A stretch of 64,000 bases of DNA, taken from assembly GCF_016433145.1 (NCBI RefSeq), contig NC_058136.1:54727857-54791856 (forward strand), in the 5' to 3' direction. Positions 1 to 64,000 of the stretch are shown one piece after another. Source of the DNA: Gracilinanus agilis (Eukaryota). Made by a program: the position numbers and the translations under genes. Numbering within the stretch: the first letter of the stretch is position 1; every line of letters starts with the position of its first letter. The notes beneath the pieces were generated by a model that had not been told where the DNA came from, did not search any database, and was given only the letters and a program-made list of their open reading frames with translations.

Positions 1-58303
<58,303 letters not shown>

Positions 58304-59844
58304 TTAGTCCCAGAAACCCTGTATCTGGAACATTCCTTTGATCTGAGAATCTGAAAAGGTTTTCAGATATTACTTATCTCAACAATCTACAGACATACCT
58401 GGATGGTTAACAGGATTATAATTATCTCCTTTTTAAAGACAGAGACAGTGAGGTCAAGTAATTTGCCCACAGCTAAGCAAACACCTGAAAAGAAATGAAC
58501 TTGATTCTTCCCAATCCCAGAGCACGCATTCCCATGTGGGTTTGGGTTTTTTTCATTCACAGATATCCTATTCTTTGGTAGGGGTATAAGAAGCAGCAGC
58601 CAAGAGATGGCTTCTTGGCTGTCACTGGAGCAATGGGAACCTCTAGCTTTTCTTACTTCCATAGTTTTACTAGGTATAGCATTCTGTGGGTACTTAATGA
58701 TAGTCCAAATTATAATGACCATAATAACTCCTATTTTATAAACTTTGAAGTTTGCAAAAAACTTTATATACTCGACATGCTCCAAACAGAACTCATTCTC
58801 TTTCAACCCAAATTCTCCACCTTGGCTAACTCTCCTATTTCTGTCAAAGGTGTCACCATTCATCCAGTCACCAATATCCAGGTAACTTTGGAGTAATCCT
58901 TTACTCTTCTCTCTCCATCGCCCTTCAATATTAGGTCAATTCTACTTCCACAGCACCTGGTACGCCTGTCCTCATTCCGAGTCCTTACTCAGCACCACTC
59001 TTAAGTCATCAATGGCCTCATAATCCATCAAAGCATAGCTCAGGAACCCAAATCATACAAGGAGGCTTTCCCGCTTCCTCTAGTGCACCTCACCCTAAAA
59101 TGATTTTGTATTTACTCTGAATATATTTTCATGTACTCCTACATGCCATTTCCTCCCAGCAAAATGTAAGTTCCTTTAGGGCAAGGACAATTGGAGCATT
59201 TTGTTTTTCTGTCGGAACCTGAAGTGCCTGGCTTAACTGGATGATCTCATTTAAGGCTCAGAACAAGTCCATAAAGTACAGAATATAGAAATGGTTATTT
59301 TACAAGTGGAGAAACCGAGGTACATAGAAGTAAAGCACCGTGCACATTCATAGTCACATATCCGGGGTTGGATGCAAACCCAGGTTTACCTTACTCTAAA
59401 TATAACATTGACATCATGCTGGTTTCTTAGCTTGAAGTCTTTTGCAAACCTCATTATCCTCCTCTTGGTGGGTTCTAATTTATCAGCATGGGTTTTTTTT
59501 GATGTGATGCCTGGATCTGAACAATCCTTGAAATGTAGTCTGAGGAAGTCAGAGAAAGAGGACAGTGTACTTATAACCTAGAACTCTTGTTCTAGATTCT
59601 ATGCCACTTTTGGCTGCCACATCACACTAGTGATTCAACTGGCCACTATATCTTTTCATATAAACTGCTGTCTAGACATACCTGTCTCATCCTATACTTT
59701 CGGGGTTGATTTTTTTCAAAAGTGAAGTATAAGACTTAAATTGCTTTACAAAATTTCAGCTCATTAGATTTTTCCAATTATTCAAGCATGTTAGCTCTTT
59801 TTTGGATCCTCACTCGCATTTATCCAAAATGTTAAATAGCATTT

Positions 59845-60660
59845 TTTCTTTTTTTAAATCAATTTTCTTTTATTTTCAAGTCTGAATCAATTCCCTTTCA
59901 CTCTCTCTACTTGGAGAGTGCCCCACTCCCACTGAGAAAGCCAAAAAAAACAACAACAAAACTCTAGTTACAAATATATATAGTAAAAAAAACCCCACAA
60001 ATTCCCATCTTGGTAATGTCCAAAAAATGTACCTCAATCTGTACCCTAAGTCCTTCACCTTTCTATCAAGAGATGGTTATCATGGGGCAACTGGGTAGCT
60101 CAGTGGATTGAGAGTCAGGATTAGAGACGGGAGGTCCTAGGTTCAAATCCAGCCTCAGACACTTCCCAGCTGCGTGACCCTGGGCAAGTCACTTGACCCC
60201 CCCCCCATTGCCTAGCCCTTACCAATCTTCCACCAAGGAACCAATACACAGAAGTTAAGGGTTTAAAAAAAAAGAGATGGTTATCATGTATAATCATGAG
60301 GCCTCTGGAATCATAGTTGGTCACTGTGTTAGTCAGACTTTCTAAATCTTTCAAAGTTGTCTGTCTTTACAATGTAGTTGTTATTACATAAACCGTTCTT
60401 GTGACTCTGCTCACTTAACTTAGGTTTCACAGGCTTCTGAGAAACTATCCCCTTCATCATTTCTTAAAGTTCATTTATAGTTCATAATTTGTTCAGCCAT
60501 TCTCCAAATGATAAGTACCACAACCTCAGTTTCTAATTCTTTGCCACCACAGGGGAAAAACTGCTATCAACATTTTTGTCCATATGGGGGTACTCTTCCT
60601 CTTTCTTTTATCTCTTTGGAGCATAGGCCTAGTGGTAATATTGGCTCAATTTATGCCATC
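59845..60660 (-). mobile_element. Old L1 3' fragment, interrupted by a SINE
   Basis: tttgttcagccattctcc..ttctttgccaccaca..gctatcaacattttt, typical reverse-strand L1 ORF2 end and 3' UTR. Confidence 0.65.
60084..60271 (+). mobile_element. SINE1_Mdo-like SINE with 16-17-bp TSD
   Basis: aagagatggttatcat(g) at 60068 and 60272. Confidence 0.9.
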
Positions 60661-60724
60661 TGCATATCTGAAAGTTTTAAAAGACAGTGAAAAGACATGA
60701 TGAACAAAGCTAAGACTGATTCTT

Positions 60725-60905
60725 TTTTTTTTAACCCTTAATTTTTGGTGTATTGTCTTATAGGTGGAAGAGTGGTAAGGGTGGGCAATGGGGGTCAAGT
60801 GACTTGCCCAGGGTCACACAGCTGGGAAGTGTCTGAGGCCGGGTTTGAACCCAGGACCTCCTGTCTCTAGGCCTGACTCTCACTCCACTGAGCTACCCAG
60901 CTGCC
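60725..60905 (-). mobile_element. SINE1_Mdo-like SINE with 15-bp TSD
   Basis: ctaagactgattctt / ctaagactaattctt. Confidence 0.9.
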
Positions 60906-61744
60906 CTAAGACTAATTCTTAAAGCCAATGTTACTAATGAGTAGGATAAATGATTGTGATAAAAATCTAAGCCTGAATTCTAGAGAATCTACAAAAGTCA
61001 TACTATTTGCAAGAGGCTAACAACAAAGAAAGGGAAAGCAGAAGTAAAACATTCTGAGAATCAGGATCAAGTGAAGACTCTGCTTAGTGTTCTCCTCACA
61101 TCACTGCTTCACAACTAAAAGCACATTTAGCAGCAGCAGCAATTACCACTTCCAATTAGCAAAGCACATCATTCTTACAGCAGAAACTAAAGCGTTGAAA
61201 TTAGAAGAAATCATTTCTTGCAACAGAGTAGTGTAATGGCACCTGGAAGTGCTGCTCACTCAATGTGGCTGTTATTTTGGTCTTATGTCTAGTGGACAGC
61301 TTTTAAGCTTTCTCTCAAAGAAAAAGGGCTCTCTGTCCTTTGACAAGAAAGGAAAGGAGAAGTAAGGATAGAGACTGGCAAATGTTTATTGAGGTGTCTA
61401 TGAGGCTGATACTGAAGGTAGAGGGTTACTTCGCTTTCTTTCAATTTTGGTAACAAGACCAGTTATGTAAATGATGTCCATATGAAGGAGTGATGATGAA
61501 TGTATATGCTGCTTTTCATGTGAGGGCCACAGGGATTGGATTTTTCATAACATAATATTCCATATTTTATTCCACACCAAACGGACGGAGCCAAAGATCA
61601 CTTAGGTTTACAAAAACAAACCAATAAGAACTGAAATCAGAGTGACATCTAATGACTAGGTCCAAAGAGAGGTGAAAGAAAGGCCTGTTGGTTTTCCTTC
61701 ATCCTACAGGAGCTTATCGATCTCTTCAAATACTCAGTCCTTTT

Positions 61745-64000
61745 CAAATGATCTGATTCTTTCTAGTTCTTAAGGTTTCTTCTTTGATACTTGTTTTAGG
61801 ATTGCTAGTTGGTTCATGTTCTAGTCTTTTTAACTGTATGTTTAGTTCATATCTCTTTGGTGATATCAAAAACAGAAATTTTCTTCCTTGGATTGTTTTA
61901 GATGAAACATACAAGTATATTTTAATAAGTTTTATTTTTTTTATCATTTTGGTCAAAGTAATTATAGCTTCTATTATTTGTTCTTTAATTCACTCATTAT
62001 TCAGGAAGTTACTTAAGTCTCCATTTAGGCCTATATATTTTGTACCTATTTTCTTCACTGAATATTTTTCATTGTGTTAAGTTGAATAAAGAGTATGTTT
62101 CTTTTTTATGACTTTTATTTATTTTTTCATAATAAAACTTTTTTAAATTTAAATTTTATTTTTTATTTACACTTAATTTATTTTTATGAGCAAATAATCT
62201 TATAAAACCAAAACATATGACCAAATAAACAAGTGATAAATCATGTGTTTTCATCTACATTTCTACTTCAACAGTTCCTTTCTCTGGAGGTAGTTAGGAT
62301 TCTTTTTCATAAGTCCTCAGAAATATCCTGGATCATTGTATTGCTACTAGCAGCAAAGTCTACCACGTTTGATCATTACAGAATATTGCAGTTACTGTGT
62401 ATAATGTTATCCTGGTTCTGCTTATTTCACTCTACCTCAGTCCATATGGGTCTTTCCAGATCTTTCTGAAATCATTCTGTTCATCATTCCTTATAACATA
62501 ACAGTATTCCATCAGCATATACCACAATTTGTTCAACCATTCCCCAATTGAGGGACATCCCTTTAGTTTCTAATTCTTTGCTACAACAAAAAGAAGAGCT
62601 ATAAATATTTTTGTACAAACAGGTCCTTTTCCATTGTTTTTATCTCTTTGGAATACAAGCCCAGTGGTGCTATTACTGGATCAAAAGGTATGCATTCCTT
62701 TACAGTCCTTTGGGCATAATTCCAAATTGCCCTACAGAATGGTTGGATCAATTCACAACTCCACCAGCATGCATTGGTGCCCCAATTTTGCCACATCCCT
62801 CTAACATTATCATTTTCCTTTACTGCCATATGAGGTAATCTTATAGGTGTGAGATGGTACCTCAGAGTTGTTTTAATTTGCATTTCATTAATCCTCATTT
62901 TTTAAAAAATTAAATGTAATAATAAATTTCCACATAAGTTTTCCTAAGTTAGATGATCGAAATTATCTCCTTCTCTCTCTTCCCTTCCCCCTCCCAGAGA
63001 TGGTAAGCAATTCAATCTGAGTTATACATGTATTAGCCTATAAAACCTATCTCCATATTGTTCATTTCTATAAGAAAATATTCATATAAATCAACAAAAT
63101 CCTCAATAAAGTTAAAAGAAAAATTGTATTCTTTGTTTGATCTGCATTCCAACTCCAATAGTTCTTTCTCTGGAGGTAGACAGCATTCTTTGTCATAAGT
63201 CTCTCAGAATTGTCCCATATCATCATATACCATCATATCATCCTCAAAGAGTGATCATTTTGTCTCTTCATTGCCTATTTTAACTCCTTTAATTTCTTTT
63301 TCGTTTATTGTTAAAGCCAGCATTTCTAGTGGAATATTAAATAATAATGGTGATAATGGGTATTCTTGTTCACTCCCTATCTTATTGAGAAGGCTTCTAA
63401 TTCATCTCCATTGCAAATGATAATAGCTGATGGTTGTAGATAGATACTACTCATTATTTTAAGAAAAGGTCATTTTATTTCTATGCTTCCTAGAGTTTTT
63501 AATTAGGAATGGGTTTTGTATTTTGTTGAAGGCTTTTTCTGAATCTATTGAGATAATCATGTGATTTCTGTTAGTTTGGTTATTGATATAGTCAACTATG
63601 CTGATAGTTTCCCTAATATTAAACCATCCTTACATTCCTGGTATAAATTCCACCTGGTCGTAGTAAATAATACCTGTGAAATATTGCTGTAGTCTCTTTG
63701 CTAGTATTTTATTTAAGATTTTTACATCAATACTCATTAAGGACATTGGTCTGCAGTTTTCTTTTTCTGTTTTTGGTCTTTCTGGCTTAGCTACCAGCAC
63801 TATATTTGTGCCATAAAAAGAATTTGGTAGGACTCCTTTGCTTATTTTGCCAAATAGTTTCTATAGTAGCAGGATTGTTCTTTAAATGTTTAATTGGACT
63901 CACCTGTATATCTATCTGGCCCTGGGAATTTTTTTCTTAGGGAGTTCATTGATGGCTTGTTCAGTTTCTTTTTCTGAGATGGGATTATTTAAGTATTTTA
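61745..64000 (-). mobile_element. Cluster of L1 fragments (EN-region piece, two 3' ends, RT-region piece)
   Basis: ORF 62599-62898 MQIKTTLRYHLTPIR.. (L1 ORF2 C-terminus); aaggctttttctgaatctattgagataatcatgtg is the reverse of the L1 RT HMIISIDAEKAF region. Confidence 0.85.

Noticed and set aside
58597-58621. 9-bp stem hairpin cagccaaga/tcttggctg
   Set aside because: Short enough to occur by chance in 64 kb.
58387-58863. Longest ORF in the track (158 aa, minus strand)
   Set aside because: Overlaps antisense L2 and MIR fragments; not a gene.
61145-61153. Overlapping ETS/RUNX-like motif (GGAAGTGGT on the minus strand) in non-repetitive intron 6 sequence
   Set aside because: A 9-mer match is expected by chance; it would fit haematopoietic DOCK11 expression but there is no supporting evidence in the sequence alone.

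Overview
Eukaryotic (marsupial) genomic DNA, most likely the opossum Monodelphis domestica, judged from SINE1_Mdo-like SINEs, MAR1/MIR3-type SINEs and marsupial L1 3' UTRs. The whole window lies inside one gene on the minus strand, DOCK11 (Zizimin2, a DOCK-D family Cdc42 GEF; X-linked in human). I mapped 26 consecutive GT-AG coding exons, equivalent to human exons 7-32 (numbering from recalled human CDS). They total 3010 nt (about 1003 codons) with consistent phases, and run from the PH domain through the DHR-1/C2 domain into the armadillo-like middle region. Exons 1-6 and the DHR-2 catalytic exons lie outside the window. The introns are filled with SINE, L1, L2, RTE, hAT-MITE and ERV relics. 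There are no prokaryotic features (no CRISPR, rRNA, tRNA or operons), and most entries in the ORF track are spurious. The best leads are: (1) a 33-nt cassette with strong splice sites between exons 30 and 31 that carries an in-frame TAA (candidate poison microexon) and has a YGCY cluster upstream; (2) a perfect 30-bp-stem hairpin 85 nt upstream of exon 27; (3) a 71-bp L1 5'-end-only stub between 19-bp direct repeats; (4) a textbook twin-primed inverted L1; (5) a CpG-retaining, GC3-rich patch beside a CTCF-like motif; (6) nested hAT MITEs; and (7) an ERV 3' region with repeated PPT-like motifs. Repeat family names are from memory and need RepeatMasker/Dfam confirmation.
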